A stretch of 64,000 bases of DNA from assembly GCA_946614035.1 (NCBI GenBank), contig CAMOGJ010000009.1:586-64585 (forward strand). The letters run 5' to 3'. Source of the stretch: an uncultured Clostridia bacterium (GTDB taxonomy: Bacteria > Bacillota > Clostridia > Christensenellales > CAG-138). How positions within the stretch are numbered: the first letter of the stretch is position 1; each line of letters opens with the position of its first letter. A program made the position numbers and the translations under genes. Shown one piece after another: positions 33,055 through 42,223 of this stretch. The notes under the pieces were generated by a model. That model saw nothing but the letters and a program-made list of their open reading frames with translations, was not told the origin of the DNA and did not search any database.

Positions 33055-35733
33055 TTATCTCCGGAAGAGAACCGTGCTGTCGGTGCCGTAGTACTGGGCG
33101 TGCTGCTTGTTGCTCGTCCAGGTGAGGGCCTGCTTGTTCGCGTAGTCGTACAGTTCCTTTAAGGTGACCGCGCCGTTCTTGTTCTTGTCGGCGGGCATCG
33201 AACCGGAGTAGGCGCCGCTTGTGTACTTGGTGCCGAGCCCCTTGACGATCGACGCCGTGAACGCGCCCTGATAATTGCCGGAGCCGTCGTACTTGCCGTC
33301 CCACGACGATTCGCTGTAGGATGCCGCGGCGATGACCGTGAACTTGCTCTGCGCAAGGTTCGCCCATCTGGCGTTCTCCTCACCGCTGCCTTCGAGCCGC
33401 GCGAACGCGTCGATCAGACCCTGGTTGAATGCGTCGAGCTCGTCCTGCGTGCTCTTGCCGATGCTTGCGCCGCTGTGGCAGCTGTCGAGGATGATGATGA
33501 CCTTGCCCTTGACGTCCTTGAACGCGTTCGCAAGCTCCTCAAACGTGATATAGCTGCCGTCGATCGCGCACAGCGCGCCCTGATACGTGTTGAAGAACGA
33601 AGAGGAGGAGCTGTCACTGACCTTTGCGCCGTGACCGGAGTAGGTGAACACCGAAACGTCGTCGTCGGTCGCATTGCCGAACACGGATGCGATTTTGTTA
33701 AGGATCTCGGACTTGGTCGCGTCTGGAAGCGTGTAGGTCGTGAACCGGTACTTGAGCCCTTTGAGCGTCGCGGACAGCGTGTTCATGTCGTTGATGCAGC
33801 CCTTGAGCGGGCTGGTCGTATAGTTGTTCTGTCCGACGAGCACTGCGCGGCGCACCGAAAGCGTCGCGGCGTAGGACGAACCGGGGCTGTTCGAAAGCTC
33901 GTTCGACCAGTTGCCGTAGTAGGTCATGCCCTCGAATTCGTGGTACGAGCGCACACGCACATAGTAGGTCGTGGAGTTCGTCAGACCCTTGATCACGGTG
34001 GAAGTCGTTCCGGAATTGCCGATTTTGACCGTCTTCAGATCGGTCGTAAATGCGAAACTGCTCGAGATCTGCACCTCGTAGCCGGTGAAGATCTTGGATC
34101 CCTCCCACTTGACGGTCAGCTGCTTGCTGCCGGGCAGGACTTCCAGCAGACGGCGGTTGGTGATGCGCACGGTCGTCTTCAGGGGACTGACAATGCCGAG
34201 GTTGAAGTTGCCTGAGTTATCGTTGACGTTGCCGCCGATCTGCGCTCCCGTGACCGGATCGGTGCGGCGGGCGAAGTACGCCTTAACGCCGTACTGATAG
34301 CGCGTGCCCGCATAGACCTTGTGCGCGTCGTCGTGACCGTCGAGGATCGAGGTCAGCGTCGTGTTGTCCCACCGCGCGAAGGTCGTCCATCCGTTGGTGG
34401 TCGTGCTCCACGCTCTGCGGTAGATGACATAGCCCGCCGCGCCTTCGACCGGCGACCAGGTGAGGCGGATGCCCGCCGGATAGTTGCGCACTTCCAGCGT
34501 TGCGGGAGCGGGCAGATAGATCTTGAAACTCGCGCGGTACGTGCCGGTGTACGCGCCGCGGAAGGTCAGCATCAGGTATGCCGTGCCGGGCTGCGTGTTT
34601 TCAAGATAGCTATATGTGTAGTTGGACGCGTCGACGACGCTGCCGTTTGCATCCTTCACGGTGAAGCGCGGCGTGTGCGCGCTGCCGTTATAGATCTTGT
34701 ACGCGGTCGTGCCCTTGAATTCGACGTCGGCTTTGTTCCATTCGACCGTGCCGTTAAACGCGGTCTGCGGCGTGGGGGTCGGGGTCGGCTTTACGGTCGG
34801 CGTAGGCGTGGGGGTCGGGGTCGGCTTTACGGTCGGCGTAGGCGTCGGCGTGGGAGTCGGCGTTGCAGGCACACCCAGATATTCGATCACAACATTGACG
34901 TCGTACGGGGTGAAAGCTCCGGTGTTGATCTCCATGGGCGAGACGCGAAGATAAACCGTCTGCCCCGCGCTGAGCGTGTAGTGAAAATCAAAGCCGTAGC
35001 CGTTCACCTCATCCTCAATAAACAGCGCATACATCTTGTCATTGAGAAGAGCATGGTTCATCGGACCATTGCTCGTTTTATAGAAACGGTATACGCCGCT
35101 TTCGGACGCGGTAAACGGACGGCAGACTTTCTCTCCGTCGTAGGTGATCGATAAGGTGTTGCTGCCGAGATAGAGCGGATCGGCAACATATTCGACCATG
35201 ACGGTGATCGTTCCGGTCATCGTGCTGCTGTAATACCATGCGCAGATGCTGTAGTCCGTCTCCGCGGTCAGGATATACTCCAGAAGGAAATTGTAGTTTG
35301 TGCCGCCGTCGTCGTTTTCGTATGTCGTATCGCCGATCTTGATGGAACCCTTCGTATCGGCATCGCCGACGGAATAGATCCGGTACCGTCCCGTTACGGT
35401 CGGACAGAAGGTTTTGTACAAGCGGTCGCCGCCTTCATTGATGTCGAATAAGTTTGCGCCGACTTCGAGCGGGGAGAAGGAAAAATAGTCCGTGCGCGGC
35501 GCGTCGTCTTCGGGTTTTGCGACGTCGTCGGCTTCGGGCTCCTCCGCTTCATCTTCCGTTTCGGGCGCTTCCGCTTCCAAGATCGCGTCGAACGCGTCCT
35601 CGCCGGCCGGCTCGTCTTCGAACCAAACGTCGTCGAACGTTTCGGACTGTTCGTCCTCCGCAAGCGCGAAGGAGGGCAGCAACGCCGCGATCATCAGCGC
35701 GCAGAGCAGCAGCGCAACCAGTCTTTTTGTCAT
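33055..35733 (-). CDS. Secreted multidomain protein with C-terminal peptidase C14 (caspase-like) domain, paralog 1
   Basis: Signal peptide MTKRLVALLLCALMIAALLPSFALA and an acidic tract. Two PPC-like repeats (GGDRLYKTF..GRYRIYSVGDADTKGS..DDGG), a PT linker, an Ig-like domain and two FN3-like domains. Caspase dyad context YSGHG and ILDSCHSGASIG. EF-hand/dockerin-like DKNKNGAVTLKE. Confidence 0.8.
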   Translation of the reverse strand: MTKRLVALLLCALMIAALLPSFALAEDEQSETFDDVWFEDEPAGEDAFDAILEAEAPETEDEAEEPEADDVAKPEDDAPRTDYFSFSPLEVGANLFDINEGGDRLYKTFCPTVTGRYRIYSVGDADTKGSIKIGDTTYENDDGGTNYNFLLEYILTAETDYSICAWYYSSTMTGTITVMVEYVADPLYLGSNTLSITYDGEKVCRPFTASESGVYRFYKTSNGPMNHALLNDKMYALFIEDEVNGYGFDFHYTLSAGQTVYLRVSPMEINTGAFTPYDVNVVIEYLGVPATPTPTPTPTPTVKPTPTPTPTPTVKPTPTPTPQTAFNGTVEWNKADVEFKGTTAYKIYNGSAHTPRFTVKDANGSVVDASNYTYSYLENTQPGTAYLMLTFRGAYTGTYRASFKIYLPAPATLEVRNYPAGIRLTWSPVEGAAGYVIYRRAWSTTTNGWTTFARWDNTTLTSILDGHDDAHKVYAGTRYQYGVKAYFARRTDPVTGAQIGGNVNDNSGNFNLGIVSPLKTTVRITNRRLLEVLPGSKQLTVKWEGSKIFTGYEVQISSSFAFTTDLKTVKIGNSGTTSTVIKGLTNSTTYYVRVRSYHEFEGMTYYGNWSNELSNSPGSSYAATLSVRRAVLVGQNNYTTSPLKGCINDMNTLSATLKGLKYRFTTYTLPDATKSEILNKIASVFGNATDDDVSVFTYSGHGAKVSDSSSSSFFNTYQGALCAIDGSYITFEELANAFKDVKGKVIIILDSCHSGASIGKSTQDELDAFNQGLIDAFARLEGSGEENARWANLAQSKFTVIAAASYSESSWDGKYDGSGNYQGAFTASIVKGLGTKYTSGAYSGSMPADKNKNGAVTLKELYDYANKQALTWTSNKQHAQYYGTDSTVLFRR

Positions 35734-35836
35734 CTCAGAACTCCTTTCAGCCGTGATCGGTTTCAAATCCTGTCTTTAACTATATTATTATAGCAAGATT
35801 TCAGGTGCGCGGCAAGATAAAATGCGGATTTTCGGC

Positions 35837-35867
35837 AAAAAAGAAAGGACGCAAAGTGCGTCCCTTC
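35837..35867 (-). terminator. Intrinsic terminator between the two caspase-like paralogs
   Basis: Minus strand GAAGGGACGC-loop-GCGTCCTTTC followed by a T-run. Confidence 0.6.
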
Positions 35868-35880
35868 TCAGGATCGGCCG

Positions 35881-38505
35881 CTATCTGCGGAACAGGACAT
35901 AGCCGTCCGTGCCGTAATACTGCACGTGCTGCGGCGTGTAGTCCGTGCCGGAGATGTTCGTCCACTTATAGCATAGATCGTATGCGTAATTGTACAGCTC
36001 CTTCAGCGTGATCGCGCTGTTCTTGTCCTTGTCGGCGGGCATCGAACCGGCATACGAACCGCTCGTATATTTGCCGCCGATCCCCTTGAGGATCGCTGCG
36101 GCGAGCGCGGTCTGACGGTAGCCGGAGCCGTCGAACGCGTACTCCCAGCCGCTTTCCGTGCGATTCGCGGCGGTGATGACGTAGAAGCGGCTCTGCTTGA
36201 GTTCGCCCAGACGCGCGTTTTCCTCGCTTCTGCCGCCGAGGATCTCCATCGCGGAGTTCACGAACAGCTCGATCTCATCGTCGGCGTCGGTCCCCTTGCC
36301 GATCGAAGCGCCGCTGTGGCAGCTCGAGATGATGAAGATGACCTTGCCCTTGACATTTGCGAACGCCGCCGCAAGCTCGGAGAAGGTGATGCGGCCGCCG
36401 TCGATCATGCACAGCGCGCCTTGATTTTGCTTGTAGTAATCGCTCGTGGTATCGCCGATCACGTTCAGACCGTGGCCGGAGTAGAAGAACAGCGAAACAT
36501 CGTCGTCGGTCGCATTCGCGAAGGTCGAGGAGATCGCGTTCAGGATGTCCGACTTGTTGGCGTCGGACAGGCGCTTCGTCGAGAAGCGGTATTTGAGCCC
36601 CTCCAGGGTCGACGCCATCGTGTTCATGTCGTTGATCGGTCCGCGCAGCACGTTCGCCGTCGTGTAGTTGTTCTGTCCGACGAGAACCGCACGGCGCACC
36701 TGCAGCGTTGCGGCATAGGACGAACCGGGGTTGTTCGACAGCACGTTCGACCATGCGCCGTAATACGTCATGCCTTCGAATTCATGGTACGAGCGTACGC
36801 GCGCATAGTAGGTCGTGGAGTTCGTCAGACTCTTGAACACCGAGGAGACGGAGGATGCCGAGGTGACCTTGTTCGTCTTGACGCCGGAGGTGAAGCCGCT
36901 GTTGGTCGCGATCTGCACCTGATAGCCGGTGAAGTTCTTCGACGCTTCCCACTTGGCGGTCAGCTGCTTGCTCGCAGGCACGAGCTCGGTCAGTCTGCGG
37001 CTCGTGATGCGCACGGTCGTCTTTAAGGGACCGACCAGACCGAGATTGAAGTTGCCGGAGTTGTCGTTGACGTTGCCGCCGATCAGCTGTCCGGAAACCG
37101 GATCGGTGCGGCGGGCGAAGTACGCCTTGACGCCGTACTGATAGCGCGTTCCGGCATAGACCTTGTGCGCGTCGTCGATGCCGTCGATATAGGAGGTGGA
37201 CGTCGTGTTGTTCCATCTTGCAAACGACGTCCAGCCGTTGGTCGTGGTGCTCCACGCGCGGCGATAGATGACGTAGCCCGCCGCGCCCTGCACCGGCTGC
37301 CACGTGACGCGGATGCCGCTGTCGACATTTTCGACCGTCGTCTGCGTGGTCGCGGGCAGATAGATCTTAAAGCTCGCGCGGTACGTGCCGGTATATGCGC
37401 CGCTGAAATTCAGCGTCAGATACGCGGTGCCGGGCTGCGTGTTCTCCGAGTAATAGTATGTATAGTTCGATGCGCTGACCGTATTGCCGTTCGCGTCCTT
37501 GACGGTGAAGCGCGGCGTGTGCGCGCTGCCGTTGTAGATCTTGTACGCGGTCGTGCCCCTGAACTCGACGTCGCTGCGGTTCCATTCGACCGTGCCGTTG
37601 AACGTATTGTACGGGGTCGGCGTCGGCGTGGGGGTCGGAGCTGCGGAGGCGAACTCGACGACGACGTTGATCGAACCGGTCTGGTCGGAGTTGAAGTACC
37701 GCGCGCAGAGATAGACCTTCTGTCCGGCTGACAGGTCATAGGTAATCAGGAAGTTCGGGTAGCCGGCACCGTCGTCGTCATAAGCGATCTGGTTGAGGCA
37801 ATTATCGGTCAGATGGCCGAAGGTGTCGATACTGCCGGTGGAATAGAACCGATAGGTGCCGGTCTGCGGCGCGATGAACGGACGGTAGATGTACTGTCCG
37901 GCGCTTTGCACCGTGTACGTGTTGCTGCCGAGATAGATCGGATCGGTTGCAAGCTCGACAATGACGGTGATCGTGCCGGTCGTGCTGCTGTTGAAGTAAT
38001 TTACGCCGAGCGAATACATCTCTCCTGCTTCGAGCGTGACATTGAGCTGGAAGTTCAGACCCGTGCCGCCGTCGTCGTCCGTGTACACGGTGCCGCCGAC
38101 CGTAATGGAGCCGTACGTGTCGAGCGAGCCGGTCGAATAGATCCGGTAGGAGCCGGAGACCGGCGCGTAGAGCATCTTAAACAGGCGGTCGCCGCCGTTG
38201 GAGATGGTAAACGTATTGGTGCCGACATAGCACATTTCGCCGCTGACGATATCCGTGCGCGGCGCATCGCCCGCAGGCTCCTTGTCGCCGCCGACGGGGA
38301 TCGCCTCGGGTTCCTCCGCTTCGATCTGCTCGGTTTCGATTTCGGGCGCGACGGCGTCGGGCGTCGGCATCGCCTCGCTTTCGGGCGTCGATTCCGCCTC
38401 GAACCATACGTCGTCAGCCGGTTCGTCCTCCGCAAGCGCGAAGGAGGGCAGCAGCGCCGCGATCATCAGAGCGCAGAGCAGCCATGCAAGCAGTCTTTTC
38501 TTCAT
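35881..38505 (-). CDS. Secreted multidomain protein with C-terminal peptidase C14 (caspase-like) domain, paralog 2
   Basis: Signal peptide MKKRLLAWLLCALMIAALLPSFALA and the same architecture as paralog 1. FYSGHG and ISSCHSGASIG. DKDKNSAITLKE. Long DNA stretches are visibly similar to paralog 1. Confidence 0.8.
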   Translation of the reverse strand: MKKRLLAWLLCALMIAALLPSFALAEDEPADDVWFEAESTPESEAMPTPDAVAPEIETEQIEAEEPEAIPVGGDKEPAGDAPRTDIVSGEMCYVGTNTFTISNGGDRLFKMLYAPVSGSYRIYSTGSLDTYGSITVGGTVYTDDDGGTGLNFQLNVTLEAGEMYSLGVNYFNSSTTGTITVIVELATDPIYLGSNTYTVQSAGQYIYRPFIAPQTGTYRFYSTGSIDTFGHLTDNCLNQIAYDDDGAGYPNFLITYDLSAGQKVYLCARYFNSDQTGSINVVVEFASAAPTPTPTPTPYNTFNGTVEWNRSDVEFRGTTAYKIYNGSAHTPRFTVKDANGNTVSASNYTYYYSENTQPGTAYLTLNFSGAYTGTYRASFKIYLPATTQTTVENVDSGIRVTWQPVQGAAGYVIYRRAWSTTTNGWTSFARWNNTTSTSYIDGIDDAHKVYAGTRYQYGVKAYFARRTDPVSGQLIGGNVNDNSGNFNLGLVGPLKTTVRITSRRLTELVPASKQLTAKWEASKNFTGYQVQIATNSGFTSGVKTNKVTSASSVSSVFKSLTNSTTYYARVRSYHEFEGMTYYGAWSNVLSNNPGSSYAATLQVRRAVLVGQNNYTTANVLRGPINDMNTMASTLEGLKYRFSTKRLSDANKSDILNAISSTFANATDDDVSLFFYSGHGLNVIGDTTSDYYKQNQGALCMIDGGRITFSELAAAFANVKGKVIFIISSCHSGASIGKGTDADDEIELFVNSAMEILGGRSEENARLGELKQSRFYVITAANRTESGWEYAFDGSGYRQTALAAAILKGIGGKYTSGSYAGSMPADKDKNSAITLKELYNYAYDLCYKWTNISGTDYTPQHVQYYGTDGYVLFRR

Positions 38506-38667
38506 CAAGCGTTCCTTTCCTGCCCGCAAGCGGGCACACACCGATCCATATTACACAATCGTTCATACTATTATATCAAGCATGAAAGCCGGAAACAAGC
38601 GTTTTTTTCGTTCCGGACGCGGAAAAACCTCTGTACAATCGGAAAAAAGTGCGGTATACTGGGGCGT

Positions 38668-39546
38668 ATGAAACGCTTTTTGTGCCTGCTCGCCGTCCTG
38701 CTGGCGGCGGGCTGCGCCGTACAATCGAATCCTGCGGCCTCGGCTGCGCCGACCGAAGCGCCGAGCGAACCGCCTGCCGAGACGGTCGTGATCGCGGTCG
38801 CGTCGCCGAAAGAGCAGACCGCTGCGCTCACCCTTCCGCCGACCGAAGCGCCGACGCCGGTTCCGACCGCAACGCCGGAGCCGACCGCGGTTCCCACGCC
38901 GACGCCGAACCCGTACCGCGCCGAGAAGGTGACCGCGTCGAAGACGAACGCGCAGTTCTGGTACTGTGCGCCGACCGAAGCGCTCAAAACGCGCGTGATC
39001 GGCATGAGCTATCCGGAGGATCCCAAGGACGCGCCGGTCAAGATCACGGATCTTCGGTACGTGCATCTTCTGTACGTGGATTTCGACGGCGTCGAGCATG
39101 AGGGCGAGCTTTTGGTGCATAAAAAGGTCGTCAAGGACGTGATGGAGATCTTCGAGGCGCTGTACGATGCGCGCTATCCGCTGCGCTCGGTGCGGCTCGT
39201 CGACGATTTCGGACAGCCGTTTACCGACGGGCTTTCGATGTCCGCGGACAACACCTCGGCGTACTGCTGCCGCCGCGTCACCGGCAAGAAGTATTTTTCG
39301 CGGCACAGCTACGGCACGGCGATCGACGTCAATCCGGTCGAGAACCCGTACGTCAAGCCGGACGGCAGCTTTTCGCCGAAGGAGAGCGAACCGTACCTCG
39401 ACCGGAGCAACCTGCGCGAGGGCATGATCACGAAGGACGATCTTTGCTATAAGCTGTTCAAAAAGCACGGCTGGAAGTGGGGCGGCGACTTTAAGGAGCC
39501 GGACTATCAGCATTTTTCGAAGGACGTGAAGGGGGTTACGAATTGA
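38668..39546 (+). CDS. M15-family (LAS-type) peptidoglycan metallopeptidase lipoprotein
   Basis: Start at MKRFLCLLAVLLAAGC (lipobox). SRHSYGTAIDVNP and GGDFKEPDYQHF give an H-x6-D..D-x2-H zinc-ligand pattern. Only the last 292 codons of track ORF 37813..39546 are real. Confidence 0.8.
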   Translation: MKRFLCLLAVLLAAGCAVQSNPAASAAPTEAPSEPPAETVVIAVASPKEQTAALTLPPTEAPTPVPTATPEPTAVPTPTPNPYRAEKVTASKTNAQFWYCAPTEALKTRVIGMSYPEDPKDAPVKITDLRYVHLLYVDFDGVEHEGELLVHKKVVKDVMEIFEALYDARYPLRSVRLVDDFGQPFTDGLSMSADNTSAYCCRRVTGKKYFSRHSYGTAIDVNPVENPYVKPDGSFSPKESEPYLDRSNLREGMITKDDLCYKLFKKHGWKWGGDFKEPDYQHFSKDVKGVTN

Positions 39547-40268
39547 ACGAACGGGAGATCCTTGCGTATCTGGAGCGCGGCGATGCCCTCACGATCGATA
39601 TGACCGAGGCGGTCAGACGCGGCAGGGCGGAGCTTCTGTATGCCGCGCCGGACGCGGTGCTGCTGAAAACGCGCGGCTGGCTGATGCTGCTCGCATGCGA
39701 CTCCTTTGAGGCGGGCGTGCGCGCGCTTGCGCACCGGGACGCATCCTCACGCGGGATCGTTGCGCACAGCGAAGCGGCGCGCGACGCGGTTACGGCGGTC
39801 ATGCCGTCGTTTTCGCACGTCAATCCGTGCTGGCAGGCGTACTACGCGGGCAAGGAACTGCGGCCGGTGCCGGACGTGTGCGAGGTGCGGCCGTTTCGCA
39901 GGGAGGACATTCCGTTTCTGCTGGAGCACTACGACGTGATCCGCTCGCCGGAATACTTCGAGAAGCGCATCGACGAAAACGAACTGTTCGCCGGCTATCG
40001 CGACGGCAAGCTCTGCGCGTTCATCGGGTTCCACGACGACGGCAGCGGCGGCATGCTCGAGGTGCTGCCCGAATACCGGCGGCTCGGCATCGGCTCGGCG
40101 CTGGAGGTGTTTTTGCACAACGAAGCGCTTCGGCGCGGCTGGACGCCGTACGGACAGATTTTCGTCGGCAACGAGGCGTCCAGAAAGCTCCAGCAGAGCT
40201 TGGACATGGTGATGTCCGACGGCGAGATCTACTGGATGCATCAAGAAGAAACGACCGAAACGGTCTGA
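39543..40268 (+). CDS. GNAT-family N-acetyltransferase
   Basis: LEVLPEYRRLGIGSALEVFLHNEALRRG acetyl-CoA-binding motif. TTG start overlaps the upstream stop, so the exact start is uncertain. Confidence 0.7.
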   Translation: MNEREILAYLERGDALTIDMTEAVRRGRAELLYAAPDAVLLKTRGWLMLLACDSFEAGVRALAHRDASSRGIVAHSEAARDAVTAVMPSFSHVNPCWQAYYAGKELRPVPDVCEVRPFRREDIPFLLEHYDVIRSPEYFEKRIDENELFAGYRDGKLCAFIGFHDDGSGGMLEVLPEYRRLGIGSALEVFLHNEALRRGWTPYGQIFVGNEASRKLQQSLDMVMSDGEIYWMHQEETTETV

Positions 40269-40298
40269 AATACAGAGTACAACCATTCGGAGGAGAAT

Positions 40299-42038
40299 AT
40301 GAAGGTAAAGAACATTTTGGGCGAACGGTTCAAGGAGCGCGCATTCGACATCGAAAGCCAGAACCTGATGACGCGCGGCGGCTATATGAAGCAGGTCGGC
40401 AACGGCATTTATTCGCTGTTCACGCCGGCGAAGCGCATACAGAACAAGATCGAGCAGATCCTCAGAGAAGAGATGGACGCGATCGACGGACAGGAGGTCC
40501 TGTTCCCGGTCGTGATGCCCGCGACGCTCTGGCAGAGCTCCGGCAGATTCGATTCGATCGGCAAGGAGCTTTTGCGGTTCAAGGATCGCGGCGGCGCCGA
40601 TATGGTGCTCGGCATGACGCATGAGGAAGCGGCGGTGCAGATGGCGATGAACGTGGCGGGCACGTATCAGAAGTATCCGTTCATGATCTATCAGATTCAG
40701 ACCAAGTTCCGCGACGAGCCGCGCGCAAGAGGCGGTCTCATCCGCGTGCGCGAGTTCACGATGAAGGACGCGTATTCGTTCCACACCTCGCAGGAGGACC
40801 TCGAAGCGTACTACGATCGCTGCTACCGCGCATACGAGCGCATCTATGCCCGCGCGGGCGTGCCGGAAGTGCTGGCGGTCAAGTCGGACTCCGGCATGAT
40901 GGGCGGCAAGGTCAGCCACGAGTTCATGCTGCTGACCGACATCGGCGAGGATTCCATCGTGATCTGCCCCGAATGCGGCTTCCGCGCGAACATGGAAGCG
41001 TGCGACGCGATCACCGAAAACGAAGCGGACGAAACGCTCGAACCGCTCACGGAGGTGTTCACCGGCGAAGCCAAGACGATCGAAGAGGTCGGAAAGCTTT
41101 TGAAGATCCGCGATGAAAAGACCTGCAAGGCGGTCGTCTATCAGCGCAACGCGGACGATTCCTACGTGCTGATCTTCGTGCGCGGCGACAAAGAGGTCAA
41201 CGAAACGAAGCTGACCAACTACCTGAAGGCGGAGATCCATCCGGCGGTCGACATCGAAAACGCGAATCTCGCTGCGGGCAACATCGGTCCGGTCAACCTC
41301 GAAACGAGCGCGACCGTGCTGTTCGACCGTTCGATTTTCGGCGCAACGAACCTCGTTTGCGGCGCAAATAAGCCCGAATACCATCTGACTGGCTTCACGC
41401 CGACGCGCGATCTTCCCGAAGACACCGCGTATCTCGACCTTTGCAAATCGGTCGAAGGCGGCATCTGCCCGAACTGCAAAAAGCATTCTCTCAAGGTGCG
41501 CCGCGGCATCGAAGTCGGCAACATCTTCCAGCTCGGCAAGCGCTACACCGAGGCGATGGGCATGACCTACGACGCCGAAAACGGCGAGCGCAAGAACCCG
41601 ATCATGGGCTGCTACGGCATCGGCGTCGGACGACTGATCGCATCCGTGTGCGAAGCGCATCACGACGATTACGGCCCCATCTGGCCGATCACGATCGCGC
41701 CGTGGCAGGTCGAGATCTGCGCGCTGCGCATCGACAACGAAGATGTGCGCAACGCCGCCGAAAAGCTCTATCAGGAGCTCGAAAGCGCGGGCGTCGAAGT
41801 GCTCTATGACGACCGTCCCGTTTCCGCGGGCGTCATGTTCTCCGATGCAGACCTGCTGGCATCGCCGCTTCGCGTGGTCATCAGCCCCAAGACGCTCGCA
41901 AGAGGCGCGTTCGAGCTTTCCGCGCGCGACAAGTCCTTCCGCGAGGACATCGCGATCGATACCGCGGCCGAGACCGTGCAGGCAAAGATCAAAGAACTGA
42001 TCGCCGCGATCAACGCCAAGGTGCCGGAACGCATCTGA
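40299..42038 (+). CDS. proS: Proline--tRNA ligase (bacterial type with editing insertion)
   Basis: 579 aa. RGGYMKQVGNGIYSLFTPAKRI, class II motifs FRDEPRARGGLIRVREFTMKDAYSF and GCYGIGVGRL. Confidence 0.92.
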   Translation: MKVKNILGERFKERAFDIESQNLMTRGGYMKQVGNGIYSLFTPAKRIQNKIEQILREEMDAIDGQEVLFPVVMPATLWQSSGRFDSIGKELLRFKDRGGADMVLGMTHEEAAVQMAMNVAGTYQKYPFMIYQIQTKFRDEPRARGGLIRVREFTMKDAYSFHTSQEDLEAYYDRCYRAYERIYARAGVPEVLAVKSDSGMMGGKVSHEFMLLTDIGEDSIVICPECGFRANMEACDAITENEADETLEPLTEVFTGEAKTIEEVGKLLKIRDEKTCKAVVYQRNADDSYVLIFVRGDKEVNETKLTNYLKAEIHPAVDIENANLAAGNIGPVNLETSATVLFDRSIFGATNLVCGANKPEYHLTGFTPTRDLPEDTAYLDLCKSVEGGICPNCKKHSLKVRRGIEVGNIFQLGKRYTEAMGMTYDAENGERKNPIMGCYGIGVGRLIASVCEAHHDDYGPIWPITIAPWQVEICALRIDNEDVRNAAEKLYQELESAGVEVLYDDRPVSAGVMFSDADLLASPLRVVISPKTLARGAFELSARDKSFREDIAIDTAAETVQAKIKELIAAINAKVPERI

Positions 42039-42052
42039 CCTTCCGTCTCACC

Positions 42053-42080
42053 GCTCCCCGCAAGGGGAGCTTTTTCTTTT
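42053..42080 (+). terminator. Intrinsic terminator after proS
   Basis: GCTCCCC-GCAA-GGGGAGC followed by TTTTTCTTTT. Confidence 0.75.
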
Positions 42081-42128
42081 CCGAGAACAACTGCTTTTTC
42101 GCACAATCCGCTCTCGTTCTGCACGATT

Positions 42129-42161
42129 TTACAACTCTGTTACAACTCTGTGACAACTATT
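42129..42161 (+). promoter_or_regulatory. Three 11-bp phased direct repeats (TTACAACTCTG x2, TGACAACTATT): candidate response-regulator site A
   Basis: Perfectly phased at 42129, 42140 and 42151, upstream of a TGgTATTCT extended -10 (42184-42192) and the lipoprotein gene at 42224. Confidence 0.6.
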
Positions 42162-42223
42162 TGACGTTTTGGACGCATTCCGGTGGTATTCTCGTCTTGA
42201 TAAACGCAAGGGGGGAATTTAAC

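Noticed and set aside
33055-38505. Interpreting the caspase-like proteins as intracellular defence or abortive-infection effectors (CHAT/caspase modules)
   Set aside because: Both have clear N-terminal signal peptides and extracellular-type modules (PPC-like, FN3-like, PT linker, dockerin/EF-hand-like loop). No defence-system partner genes are adjacent.
40269-40298. T-box leader upstream of proS
   Set aside because: The intergenic gap is only 30 nt, which leaves no room for a T-box. proS appears co-transcribed with, or closely follows, the GNAT gene.
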